Of a stretch of 64,000 nt of DNA, positions 51,676 to 62,695 are shown one piece after another. The position numbers and the translations under genes are program-made. The stretch lies in the NCBI GenBank assembly GCA_964234715.1, contig OZ174279.1, one strand, 5' to 3'. The notes beneath the pieces are model-generated. The model did not search any database and was not told where the DNA came from. It was given only the letters and a program-made list of their open reading frames with translations. The DNA is from Podarcis melisellensis (lineage: Eukaryota). The number at the start of each line of letters is the position of its first letter. Position 1 is the first letter of the stretch.

Positions 51676-53790
51676 TGGCCATCATGATATTGAAATCAGA
51701 CAAAAGAACATTTGGCATCCTCAGATTCACACTTCCCTCTTCCTTTCTGTCGTAATCCTTATCCTTACGGAAAGCATGAAATATATTCTCTCCACGCCCC
51801 CTTTTCTGATTTGTAGATTTGCAGTCCAAAGAAAAGAAAAGGATCATATCACCACCTTCCTTCAGAAGGAAAAACGTGCCAGATTTGGACAACTGAATTG
51901 TCTAACTACCTAGTTCGGGGCATTTTGGCACCTGTGATTGTCATATGGCATGAAAAAAGAGGGCTGCCCCCGAGATAAGATTTTCATATCCCCTGCCAGT
52001 CTCACACCTCATTCTTGTAAAGTCAAGACATCATACTACCACCAGTATATCAGGAGTCATTCCAAGGATGGAATTAACTCACCTTTTGTCTGCTTTCTCA
52101 AAAAAAAAAAAAATAGCTGTCAACTGGCTGCCCCTGGGCCAAATTAATCAGTACGTTTATGACCCTCCTAATTTCCAATCCTAGAGGCGAAAGAGGAATG
52201 GAAATGAGCAGCATCAGTGACAGAGGGATTTTGGCAGGAAGCCATTTTGGTAGATAAGTTGTGAAGCTTTGTGCCATGCTTCTACTCTCTTGTTAAATTG
52301 GTCCCCCTCTGGCAACACTAGTTGTTGACCCAGGAGAGAAGGGTTTTATTTTCCAAAGTTATTCATATTGACTTTCCCTGTCCAAAAAATTGTTAGGCTC
52401 CAGGAGCATGCCATGTAGTGCATTTCTTGGAATGTTTCCCATTGCAAGAAAATGTGGGTTGGTTAGCCCTCCACCCTATAGGACCACAAATAATCTGCAA
52501 TTTGCCATCACTACTGAACAAATAACAATCAATGCTCAACTTTGCTTGTCTTCCTGAGATCTGAACAACTGCACTGTGCATAGCCAACCTGCACCTTGTG
52601 TGCACTTCTGCACATAATGTCTTTTACCACTGAACCTGTGAAGGTTTTCTGGTGGATGTATTTTGAAATAGATCAACTCCTTTCTTGGTCTTTATCTGAG
52701 AAATGGGCTTCATCTATATATAGTTTAAAACACAGTAGGTGGAATGGTTTCTAATGCTGTGTTAGTTTGCTCCGCCACGGAGCTAGAGGTGTGCAGCCTG
52801 ACAGTGCAACACTGCATTGTGAGTTCTCCAAGCAGGATCAAACAATTGGAAGAACTACCACCATTTCTGATACGCATTATCGCGAATGCGCAGAAAAACC
52901 CATTGCCACCTGGAATCAGTTTTTGAGATCTCAACAATTGCACTGTGCACTTCCAGGCTGCGCTATTTTTAGTTGAAACAGACTGCTTTCTTTAGCAGGG
53001 AAGTCTGTAATTGTATTGAAAACTCTGCAGTGATGCAATGTTAAGGCAGTCATAAGAATGGCTCTTAAGGCAGTCAATGGCAACTATTGCAAAACTGCAA
53101 AGTTTATTGAGGAGGGTGCAGGATAGCAATGGAACACTTTGTTGTTCGCTCTCTTACAACGAAACACAATCAACCAACCAACAGGTCATAGCAATACCCG
53201 TAAATCATAATTGTCAACGCAGAAGTACGATTTGTTGTTTTACCTTTCATGTCTTTCCTTTTCTTGACTTGAATGTTAATAATAATAAAAAAATGCATGA
53301 CAATCTCAATTCTTTGTGTGCTTACATGTGACTGAGCTCTATGCTGCATTTCCCCCTTATGGGAGCTGACAGTAACTTGCAAGGATAAAATCACAGGTGA
53401 ATATGTGGTTGTCCAAGCCACCTAACCCTCCATGCCTACCTCCTTTCATTGTAGGGGCACTTTGAGATTGGGCATCATGTGGCATGGAGCAAGGAAGTCC
53501 CTGGTTTTATTTAAACCACATTTCAGCCATTCAGCTCAGGGTGTGAGACCTCTGGGTATAGGGCAGTATATAAATTCAATAAACAAAATAAATTCGGCAT
53601 GGCACAGGAGATCTACTATCAAGATATAGCTTCTTATGGATCTAGCTAGCTGAATTACACTAAGCAATTTTGCCCAGAATCATTTACTTTTACTGCCAGC
53701 AGCTTTCCAGGTTCTCCAGCAGAGATCTCACCCATCACCTACTCCCTGAGCAGTTACCTAAAGAAGCAAGAGGTTGCACCTGGGCCCTTC

Positions 53791-54349
53791 TGTCCTGAAC
53801 CCCTGGCCTACCTGGCAGCAAGTCAGTCCAGGGTCAATCCATGTGTCCGAAGCACAGTCCCGCAAAAATCCTGGAGCATCCAAGCTGAGGTCTATCAACA
53901 TGGGCAGTTGAGCAAACACAGCCCCTCAGCTCTGCTTCTCTTTTTGCATGCTGATTGCAGCATCTGGGCTTGACGAGGCATATGACCCTCACCTGTTCCA
54001 AGCCTGTTCCAGCTGAGGAGCTAGCGAGTCTCACCTGGCCAGCTAGGAAGCTGGGTTTGGTGCCCTTGCCTGCCTCAGCTTCTTGGAGCACCCCTCCCAC
54101 TGCTCCCTATGCCTCAGAGCCCACTGTGTTCATGGAGACAGGGGCCTCTCTGGCTCTGGTGATAGGTCCTGCTGCTCTGGTTTCTGTGCACTGACTCCCA
54201 TCCTCTCATCATCCTCCGTCACCCTGTGAGTACTTCCTACATGAACCTCTCCTTCCCCATCCCTAGCTTGCCCTGGTATGTCCCAGTCCCGGCTACACCC
54301 CTCTCTGGGATCCTCTTCCACCTCCCTGTTGTCCTGCCAGTTCATGACA
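53791..54349 (-). mobile_element. Solo LTR (Gypsy-like), same family as 8854-9409
   Basis: Termini TGTCATGAAC...GTTCAGGACA on the minus strand; TSD ccttc/ccttg. Confidence 0.72.
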
Positions 54350-55728
54350 CCTTGTATGCCAAAGTTAGGCCCTTAGATCTGCCAGTCTTTTGGTGTATGT
54401 GTTTTTCTTTGAATCAATCAATCAATCAATCAAAAACACATTCAAAGCAGCCCCGGGGAGTCACCATTCTGATCAGAGAAAGGGAGATGGAGCGTCAACA
54501 TTTTCCCTTTGCAACATTTTGTCTATCTAAGGACTCCCCAATCTGATATTTGCCCCACTGGAGGTGGGGATGCTGGCGTACAAATAGCAAAGAGTGGGAC
54601 AACCTGGGCAGGGCCTTTGAGCTGGATGCATAATGTGATGGGGACCCAGTGATGGATGGGAGGATTGGTGTGAGTGACGGAGAGATCAATGCTTTTCAGA
54701 GGCGAGTTTTGGGTTAGAGGTTAAAAGACTAAGCTGTGACAAGGGAAGGCCAGAGGGCCACAGCACACACCCAAAATGGTAAATTTGTGTCATTTATTGT
54801 GGTGCAAAATTTTGAGATACTTTTAGACAGGTTATTATTTTGTAATGCCCAGGACAAATAGCCCTGCTTGTAATAGACCCAATTTCCCCCCTCTGTGTGG
54901 TATACGAAGCCACTGAGGATAAGTTCACCCATGTCAATTTCTCACTCTTTGACCAGATCATCGTGTGCGTGATGATGCCCTGCAGATTCCACAAACCGCC
55001 TCAGGTTAAGCAACACTGATGCACATTTTCGCATGTCAGTGTTACTGCAGTTTCTCTTTCCAGCCACAGTGTGGAGTAGAAGCCTAAGAATATAATTTTC
55101 AGGGTTTGCCGTGTTTTCTTTCCACAACTTGTGAAGCAGTGCATGCTGATCTTAGAGATTAAGGCACATGTAGGAACAAGACAACTGACCATAGTAGAAT
55201 TTGTTTTCTAAGTGCACAGAGTCAGCCCAAGGCATTCTGCTAGGTAGGGCAGTGAATGGCAGTTCCTCCCTTCCTAAATAGGGAAGCAGGGAGAGTTCAA
55301 TTCAGTTTGAATAGAAAGGCAAACATACCTAATCTGTGCTTCCCAAAACGATATGAGAATCAAAACACAACGATCCTTCAAAATTAACACAACTCAATTT
55401 TGCAGTGTAGTTCTCCACCCAAGCAATGCTTACAAAAATGTATATATTGGGGGGGGGGGAGTGTGCATAAAATTTAATGTGTATTACTGAAAATCATGTG
55501 TTGTAGTAGGGAAAGCTCCTTCAGAAAATGTGTACATTAGTCAAAACTGCATATAAGCATGCATTAGGAGAAATCTGTAGTAAAACACTGGTGAATTTTC
55601 ATTTTTCAAAATCCGTAAATTGGTGCAGAAATGTGGAAAACTGAATTTAAGATGGGGAAGAAGAGAAACTGAGAGAACTAAAATGGACAGATCCCTCCAT
55701 TCCTATTCCCAAATCAAGGTTCAAAGTA

Positions 55729-55952
55729 CGGTGGTACCTCAGTTTATTAACTTAATCTGTTCCAGAAGTCCATTCTTAAACTGAGGCGCCCTTTCCCTAA
55801 TGAGGCCTCCCGTCGCCAGTGTGCTTCCACCATTCGGTTTCCGTTTGTAGACCAAGGTAAAGTTCACAAACTGGAGCACCACTTCTGGTTTTGCGGAGTT
55901 CGTAAACCAAATCGTTCGTAAACAAGACTGTTCTTAAACTGAGGTACTACTG
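55729..55952. mobile_element. Tc1/mariner-type MITE
   Basis: CGGTGGTACCTCAGTTTA...TAAACTGAGGTACTACTG with TA TSD. Confidence 0.75.
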
Positions 55953-58900
55953 TATCTGAACCAAGGCAAGATATTTGGGCAGCTAGCTGAGCCCGAAAAC
56001 CAAGCAAGTGGCTCTTGCTTCCTGGACAGTAAAAAGAGAGTGGTGAAAAATCAAATAACTATTGTTTGCCCTCTCATGACACCCAGAATCATGTGTGGGA
56101 GCAGTCATTTTGCCTAATGGTCGGACTGGATCCCAGCATCACCGCAGAAGACAGCAGTTAGGGGCCTACTTCAGAATGCTTTTAGGGTTTGGGGGGGCAG
56201 GGAAATGTCAGTGATTCAATAATAGTGCACAACACAACATGTCATTGACATAATAATATTGCATGAGTGGTGGGCTTATTTTGGACCACCCACACAACAT
56301 TCTGCTGTATTAGCTGTTCTGTGATGCTCCATCCCATACTGCGGCAAGCACTGAGATCAGAGAAATGACACTTGTCAAAATTCTCCCTTCTTTTTAACAC
56401 TTAAAAGGTCCTTATCGCTGCATCACATACCAAGCTGAGCAGATATGCTTTCCAATATGCATTGTAAACATGAAAGAAAACTCTTCTCTTCACCCGAAAC
56501 TGTATAAATAATTACTGATGCTTGCCAACTGCCACCTTAAGAGACTGGGAGAATTTTGGGGAGTGAGTAGTGCTATTTTTCTAGAAAACTCACCAGGAGC
56601 ACCTCCCTTGTTTTCTTTTAATGGCAATGGCGCCCACCTGAGAGGTGCTGGAACTGAATTCCAGTGAGTTTTGGCTGGGGGGGGGGGAAGCCTCATTAGG
56701 TCTTATTTCTGAGTATATTATTTCTGTATTAGGAGTGCATTGTTAATGAATGCTGAATTTTGAAACTGTGGAAGTATGGGGGATTTTTCTTCTCTTCCCC
56801 TCCCCATTTTTGTTTTTAGGTATGAAATGGGCATTTTGTCACTCTCAGGGCATCTGATCAGTATCTGGCAGTACACATAAAACTAGAAAAACTGGAAAAG
56901 GTTAAGAGGCTGTCTTGCCCGTCAACCTACCTCAAGGACTCTTAAAAAAGCATAACCTGTTGTTTTAGCGATATGGCAAGTTGTCTGGCTGGCTGGTACG
57001 CATACCTAACATTGCCTAAAAGTGTACCTTGGACACCATAGAAAGCAAGATAGAAAGCAAGCATCAATAAAGAGCAATGGAACTTTGGGTTCTGAGAACA
57101 AAATGCCTACCTTCTCATAGGTATTTTTAATGTTATTGAGATTTCTAGTCTTCTCCCCTGTCTCAAATCCAAGACTTGCCGGAGGAATGCATGTTCATAG
57201 AATGTAAGGTGTTCGGGAGACAAAAATAGCTTTCCAGTGTGAAACGTAAGATACATTTTACCACATGTATTGGCTATTGTTCCCCAACCCCTCAGCCAAT
57301 GCCCCCACCCGAAGAACCCCTAAACAACTGGGTTATTCTATACCTGAAAACAGGGGTGGGGGGAGATGGTGGTACTACTGGAATAATCAGAATAATTGAT
57401 GTGCAGCCCACCAACCAAAATAATAGATTTGGTATAATTGGATAACCTCTTTTTGACTTCTTGGATAGAAAGAAAAAGGTATGAGCCCAAGATGCCCGGA
57501 TTGAACACTGGGAACATCAGCGGAAGGAAAAATAAACGAACACTACTCTGGATTGAACATTAAACTGCTGAATAGTTTTTCCCTTTAGGAAGATTAACAT
57601 TTACCTGAAATCTGCTTCCTTTCATTTCTCACCCATTAGCTCTCTAATTCTGCCCTCTGAGCACCTGAGAACAACAGATTCAGAAATAAGGCTTCTATGC
57701 TAAAAACCATTTGTTTGGCTTAAGCCCTGGCACTAAAAACCAATGCACCAGAAACTGAGAATTGGCAGGCAGGCAGGAAGTGATTCACTGACTATGGAGC
57801 ACTTTCCATCCTATGCCTGCAGCTTTGTGTCTGGAGCAGGAAAAGGGTGAGGTATCCTGGTAACTGTTTCTGCCAGCTGGCTGTTGCTGTCAGAAACAAC
57901 CAAGAGTTAGAGATGGAAAAGTCCATAGACTTCAACTGGCTACCCCCATGGGCCAGTTTGTGAATGGTGAGACTTAACGCAACCAAAGGTTGGATTTTAG
58001 TTCAAGAACCCTGGAACAGTGGCATAACTGCAATGAGTCATTGCCCATCCTCATATACATAATGCTCATCATCTTTTTTTCAGCACCATCTTCCAACAGG
58101 TATCACCTGTCCCAGTCCCAACTCTCCCATCACACAAGTGGTACCCTTGACTAGCATGGAGGCGAGACGAGAAGTTCATCACATAGCATTGTCACAAGGG
58201 TGGATTGTGTGAAGCCACCCATTTGCAAAGGCAGAATCCATCTGCCATACAATGAGCCTCAGCACAGGAACATAGGAAGCTGCCTTATGTGAACACCAGA
58301 GTCAAGACTATTGGTCCATTTAGCCCAGTCTTGTCTACTCTGACTGGCAGCGGCTCCCGACCAAGAGGTTGTGCACACCTGCTGTTACCTGGTCCTCAGC
58401 GGAGAACCTTCTGCAAGCAAAATATTGTCTAACACAGAGTGATCTTTCTTCTTCCCTGGAGGAGACCTTCCATCTGACGAACCCAACTGAGAGCATTTTC
58501 CAGAAAGGAAAAATTCAAGCAGGTTGGCACAATTTGTGATCCACCAGACTGAACATGGTTTTTTGGTCACAGATCAGAGGCTTGCCTGGTGCCATTTTTG
58601 CACCCCAAAAACAGATGGCTGAATTAATCTCCTGCCCAGCTGCATCCAGTTTGGTCACAGGTTTTTGATTTGAAGTTTATGTGCTTTCAAACACAGTAAT
58701 TAGTATCTTTGGACTGGTGTCATTTCTCCCTTCCCATACATTGAAATTTACCGTTATTTGGCCTTATAAAACCTCCGGCTCTTCTGAAAGCCATCATTAT
58801 GGAAACATTTCATAACAGCAGGCTGGCCAGGCCAGTCCACAACCACTCTTGTTTTGCAGCTGTGGAAAACTACTTTCGTTAAAAAAGATTTTAAAAGTGC

Positions 58901-59037
58901 CAAACCCCACCCTCTCCCTTGCAGGGAAGAATACAGTAATTCCAAACATCCCTCCACTTCCTTTGAAGTCAGGAGTTTGGTGACTAACAGAGCTCTGTGG
59001 GTTTTTCTGGATCCTAGCTGGGAGGAGTTTGCCTGTC

Positions 59038-59045
59038 TATAAGAG
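59038..59045 (+). promoter_or_regulatory. TATA-like box of the ADIRF-like paralog
   Basis: TATAAGAG ~125 nt upstream of ATG 59165, with no ATG in between. AP-1-like TGACTAA at 58981. Confidence 0.4.
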
Positions 59046-59164
59046 CCAACTCTTTGGGAAGCAACAAAACAGGGCTGGACTGCATTTGAGAAAGTGACCA
59101 TCCGTCAACTGATTGGGGATCTACAAATCAGGGAGCAGGAGATCTCATCCACACAAAAGCAAAA

Positions 59165-59228
59165 ATGTTTAAGCTGAATCTTGAAGAGGAAGGAAAAACA
59201 ATGACCGGGATCGCTTCCCAGGTTGCAG
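59165..59228 (+). CDS. ADIRF-like paralog, coding exon 1
   Basis: aaaATG, MFKLNLEEEGKTMTGIASQVA, 64 nt ending at phase-1 donor CAG|gtaaag. Size and phase match ADIRF exon 1 and it continues the 11-mer register. Confidence 0.72.
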
Positions 59229-61141
59229 GTAAAGACACTGAGGTTATGTCTTTGTTCTTGTAAAACCACCAGTCTATATTCTACTTTTTCAGTCACAGAA
59301 AGATCTATCATTAAGTAACACCAACATCAGACTTGGGATGGGTTGTTGTCTTAACAGCAACTTGATGTGCAGGTATTACTACTATCAATTTATTCTCTAT
59401 GCTGTTAATAGCTTTGAGGTGAACGACCTCTCCCTGAAACCCTTGAGTCACAGGAGTCCAGAAATGCACTAGGCTTGATGAAAAAGTAGTGTGATCTCAT
59501 GTAAGACAACTTTCAATGATTTTGCCTGCTGATCATGCTCCAGTGTAATAGGAAAAAAGGCTGCAAGGGTATTAATTGCACATGAACAGATCGGGTCATT
59601 TTTTTCTTGGTATGTTAGCAAAGCTCCCTGGAACCTATTTTTATTTTTGTTGCCATATATGTTCAACTTCCTTCTTCTGCCTTAGTAAGCCTCTTTGGAA
59701 TAGATATCTTGGATTTCTTGGATTTCATGGATTTCATGAGAAGGCACTTTGGATTTTGCCTTTCTGAGAAAATACCCCTCCCCACAAAGTTAACGTCTGT
59801 ATTGTCCCTACAAGGGGGTATGGATTGCCCACATGAGTTTAGCCAGGATTTTGGGGGGGGCAGAACCTCAGTTAGATATATATTTTTATTGATTTCTATT
59901 GATTTAAGGGGGGAAGCTGCTCCTCCCTGCCTATGCCCATGATTGCCCATATTTATTTTACAATTGAAAATGGAAACAATGAAGGAAAAATGTTTTCTGG
60001 CATTGCATAACTTTAACAAAAATGTGTGAAGATAATTCAATACCTCAAACTGGATTTCTTATTTATACATATAAAAAAGGTTTGATTTGTCTGTCAAGAA
60101 ATGTACTGCCGACAGGAATTATCCTGACCTTTAAATAAAAGTTATGGAAGGGCATGGGTCTAGAAAGCCAAACAAAGACCCCTCTGTTTCATAACTGTTC
60201 AAGTTTTCCATGCAAGTGTTTATACCAGGGCTAGTAATCAAGGCACAAAATGTCATTTTAGAATTCCAAAATAAAACTCATTATATAAACAACAGGGTTT
60301 GCCAACTGACCCGAAAACAGCCTGGCCGGCAAAAAACCATCAGGCAACACTTTCTGCAGTTATGTGGAGAAATATCACCAGCTATTGTCTAGAAATCCAG
60401 CTTCTGTTCAAGCTATTGCAATGGCTTGCTTGAAAAACTGGCAGTCTTTCTAAAGAGTTTGGATAGAGACCGTAAATTGCTTTTTCTCTCTGAAATGCTG
60501 GATTCCCGTCTTTTCTTTTCTTGAGCTGGACTGCTGTGCTTTGAACACCTGGGCCAACAGAAATTCTGTGAATGGAGTTTTCCCAACGTGCCGGGAAATG
60601 CTTCAGCTGATATTTTTCTGCTTTGGTCAAAAAGCAATAAAAGGCCCATGATCTGGTGAGAAAAGTTGGCAAATCTTCTGACCTGGGGCAACATGGAGGA
60701 TTTATGCAAGTTCCTTGAAGTGTGTATTCACTATCACAGGAATGCAAAACTGAAATGCCTCTTAAAATGTTACTGGTGTATAGAACTTCCTTACTAAAGT
60801 GGCTGCAGCTCATTTAAAAAAAAATAGGAACAGTTCCGATAGACTGATGAAATAGCCACTGCCAGGGAGATACAGAAGAACCAAAAGCAAATAAATCTCT
60901 CAGCAGAGCTAGTGTAATAAGCTATGTTTCTCTTCCTGAATATGATTTACAACATGTGGAATCAACAACAAAATGTTGCATTGTGAACTGCTCCTGTTAC
61001 GGATTTTAGCCAGCCAGTGTGTCTTCCATGATCCTGTTCTATATAGTCTTTCCCTCTGGATACACCATTCATGTGCTTGGTACAATTCATAGAATTGTAA
61101 CTTTTCTATTTCTGTGATTTATTCTTATTTTTTACTTGCAG

Positions 61142-61204
61142 TTAATTCAGCAGGTCAGGCTGTGCAGAAAGCAATGGACCAGGCTACAGAAGCTGGTCAG
61201 AAAG
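61142..61204 (+). CDS. ADIRF-like paralog, coding exon 2
   Basis: ttttttacttgcag| 63 nt VNSAGQAVQKAMDQATEAGQK |gtaagg. Same length and phase as ADIRF exon 2; DQATEAGQK motif. Confidence 0.9.
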
Positions 61205-62117
61205 GTAAGGAGGCATTCTTCTAATAACCTGGGCAATTCTCAAAATGTGTGGTATCTGGATGGCTTATAAATGTAGAAGAGACTTGGTGCATACCTTCTA
61301 AATTCAGATTTCCCCCACCCCTCCAGTACAGACTTAAGTGGGGAACAGTTTTTCTGTTCCAAATAGTAAATCTGTGTTCAAGTAACTTGTATTATAGGGT
61401 TGCCATACATCCAGGAAGTTCTTGACATGTCTTTCAGGGGTCCTACATACCCATCTGGGGGAAATTTTTACATTTTTAAACAAATGTCCTGGGTTTGGGG
61501 GGTTTTGTGTGTGCGCGGACAGCTCTGGTTCAGACTCGGTCGACCTGGGCAGCAGAGGGGCTATCGGGCGATTGCCCTAAAAAACGCTCTACAACTTTTC
61601 GTGTCCAGATTTTTACCTCTTCAAATATGACAACAGGAGACAGAAAACTCAAAAATCCAATTTAGCTCTTTTCCACTGTGCTAAATATTACCCTTGAGCC
61701 TTCCCAGGTGGCTAGTGTTTTTGAAATCAAGTTAGCAGCCCGCACAATAAGCATTCTGCAGCTCCTTTCCAAGCTCAGTCAGAAAAGCACACACTTTGCA
61801 TGCAGATGTCAAGTGTAACCCTTGGCAAATCTAGCTTAAAAAAGGGTTCATGTACCAACGTAATTGGAAAGGCCATTGGCGGAGACCCTGCAGAGCCATT
61901 GTCAGTCAAGAGCAGACAATAGTGAACTAGATCTGAACTGCTGCAAGCCAGCTTCTTCATCTGGTGAACGGGTTCCTTAAACAGCATGTAGACTTTCCTC
62001 CCCACATGCACACTTGCACTTCCAATACAGTTCCACATCTTATGGAAAAAGCAAACCACATATGTAGTCAGCCATTGTCTCTCACCTCCTTAAATTGTTT
62101 CCCTTTTTGTTTTGAAG

Positions 62118-62245
62118 TGGTAGATGACACCTGCAAGGCTGCACAGGATACTGGAGAAAAGGCTGCACAAAGCCTAACAAGCCAGGTAACTGCCTGGGGC
62201 AAAGCCTTTGGACAAGGTGAAGAAGAGAAGAACGTTTCAACTTAA
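62118..62245 (+). CDS. ADIRF-like paralog, coding exon 3
   Basis: ccctttttgttttgaag| VVDDTCKAAQDTGEKAAQSLTSQVTAWGKAFGQGEEEKNVST*. In frame with exon 2; total 84 aa. Confidence 0.85.
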
Positions 62246-62253
62246 ACCTATTA

Positions 62254-62456
62254 CTGTGGTACCTCAGGTTAAGTACTTAATTCATTCTGGCGGTCTGTTA
62301 TTAACCTGAAACTGTTCTTAACCAGAAGCAGCACTTTAGCTAATGGGGCCTCCTGCTGCTGCCATGCCGCCAGAGCACGGTTTCTGTTCTCATCCTGAAG
62401 CAAAGTTCTTAACCAGAGGTAATATTTCTGGGTTAGCGGAGTCTGTAACCTGAAGC
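62254..62456. mobile_element. Tc1/mariner-type MITE (truncated) right after the ADIRF-like stop codon
   Basis: Homologous to 38522-38747; right TIR missing. Confidence 0.8.
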
Positions 62457-62695
62457 ACCTTCGTATACTGTTTTCTCTTATTATACATTTAAAGGACAGA
62501 AATTATTCAGGTGTTTGGCATATATTCTTTACACCTTCATTAAAAGTGAAGCTATAAATCCCTATACATTTCATTAAATTCATTAAATCTTAAAGCTTTG
62601 TTTCATTATAACTAACAAGGTGTATGTTTTACATTTGGTTCAATACGACCGTATTGAGAAGTGTTCATGAGGTTGGTTTCGCAGAAAGCGCTAGG

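Noticed and set aside
59165-62245. Labelling the second small gene as FAM25
   Set aside because: Exon 2 (DQATEAGQK) is much closer to ADIRF, and exon 1 lacks the recalled FAM25 MLGGLGKL start. Left unnamed pending phylogeny.
34398-62245. SNCG exon 3 and the coding part of ADIRF-like exon 3 are both 128 nt
   Set aside because: One is bounded by a donor and the other by a stop codon; treated as coincidence, not evidence of homology.
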